From Haliotis rubra (lineage: Eukaryota), in contig NW_025765195.1 in NCBI RefSeq assembly GCF_003918875.1, positions 62,001 through 126,000 of the forward strand: DNA of 64,000 nt, given 5' to 3'. Positions 62,616 to 64,000 of the stretch are shown here, piece after piece. Below the pieces are notes generated by a model. The model made no database searches. It was not told the DNA's origin and saw only the letters and a program-made list of their open reading frames with translations. Each line of letters starts with the position of its first letter. The stretch's first letter is position 1. Both the position numbers and the translations under genes were made by a program.

Positions 62616-64000
62616 AGTGCTTGGTTATTCCTGGGTTAGATGTGTTTTTGTTCTTCTCATCGTACATGTTACATTAAATCCCTGTTGAACAAACTGAAAT
62701 ATGGGTGTACAATCGTACTTGATCATACAAAATCATAATAAATACGCCAAAATACGCCAGGTAGGCAGGTCTACAACAAAACATTCTTCTTTACAACAAA
62801 TATCTCTAGAATAACGTTTGATGACATGACGGTTAAAACTACAAACTGTCAACTCCTGGACAGTAAAATCACAACGCAATGGACAGTTTGTTTGCTAAAT
62901 GTGAGCAACTCATATGAAATGTACACTTTGATTTTTCGACGATAACTGAAAAAATACTGACGCATTAAGCCTAAACTGTGAATGAAGACCTAAAACAACT
63001 ATACATAAGAATTGACAGTCAAAAAAGGCGTGTCTGCTGATGAGGTTGTCATATTTCGTGTTGAAACGATCATTTTCCGCGATCTTGTTTCGACACTCAG
63101 GAGGTGCCTCGCTTAACGCACAATTGTAATAAATAGAGAGGGTGTCAAGCTATTACAGAAAGATCTGTAAATTTCTAGACCCTCTGCCAAATGGCAAAAC
63201 CTGATATACTTGCAAAATAATGAAAATGCGAGGGAAAACTTACCATTACCTCTTGCGCCACATGTTCGCCTTTTTCACTGTCCAGCAAAGGAAATGGAGT
63301 TGCTTTTGGGGCAACTCCACATTTCGCATATAAAACAACAACAAATTTTGTTGATGCGGTATGCAGTGGTGAGCGTATTACCTCCCTTTTATGAAACCTC
63401 GTGGCTAGGGTTTACCCAACATGCCATACAACTTCCTCTTTTTCTCTGCCATCGCTGACGTCAGACGTGTTTTCTCCGACAGCGTCGCAAGCCAACCGAA
63501 TCTAAGCTTTCTCTTAGTCATCATGTCGCAAGAATCATCTGTATATATTCCTTTATCCTTTTGGAGAACGTTTTACGTTCGGCGTCGTGGAATCGCATTC
63601 AATATTCATATTTTCCGTGCTTTTTCTTAAACGCCAATTTGCAGGGTCAAACTAACGTCAGTACACCCTCGCTCTTGGCCTATAACTATATGCTTGTTTG
63701 GTGCATTTTTTATTCAAATTGTTTTTATGCACCTCTTACTTCTCTACACTTTGTGTAAATATTATATAAATTCTCTACAATTATATAATATACTCTCGTG
63801 TAGTTGGCGAGATTTCACGAGATGTCGGCCATCTTGGGTCCGCCATCTTTGTTGTTTACATGTCTTACGCTACATTTTACTCCCTTTGGGAGTTTTCTGT
63901 CGTGTGTAAACTATATCTCTATAATTTTAGCACATATATATTATGTATATATAATGTATGCTTTACATGTTGCCTTTTGCTTATCGTTTTTATTCCATTT

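Larger units (their letters stand above)
60216..63326. repeat. Pair of ~470-bp imperfect inverted repeats (60216-~60690 and ~62845-63326) enclosing the decayed Harbinger
   Basis: CGAAATATGGAGTTACCCCAAAAGCAACTCC... at 60216 aligns along its length with the reverse complement of ...GGAGTTGCTTTTGGGGCAACTCCACATTTCG ending at 63326. Confidence 0.9.

Overview
Eukaryotic, intron-rich, repeat-dense animal DNA. The SINE and MITE complement looks molluscan, possibly a gastropod such as abalone (inference only). There are two convergent host genes. (1) The 3' part of a + strand coiled-coil gene of the CCDC177/CCDC185 type, with seven exons from about 716 to the stop at 18666. (2) A - strand NLR-like gene (56086 to 35810): a low-complexity N-terminus, a STAND-class P-loop NTPase (nSTAND3-like), and about 21 near-identical 195-bp double-ankyrin units whose variation falls mostly on predicted binding-surface residues. 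The last ankyrin unit is split by a complete 5707-bp PIF/Harbinger transposon (36014-41720, 29-bp perfect TIRs, GAG target duplication). That element carries a DDE transposase with two nonsense codons and a convergent multi-exon Myb/SANT-like gene. The rest of the window is tRNA-derived and other SINEs, Kolobok-like TTAA elements (one with a THAP remnant), MITEs, L1/Tx1, RTE and Penelope fragments, a second decayed Harbinger inside ~470-bp inverted repeats, and about ten tandem arrays. At least six arrays are visibly amplified pieces of mobile elements. Family names come from motif recognition, not database searches.
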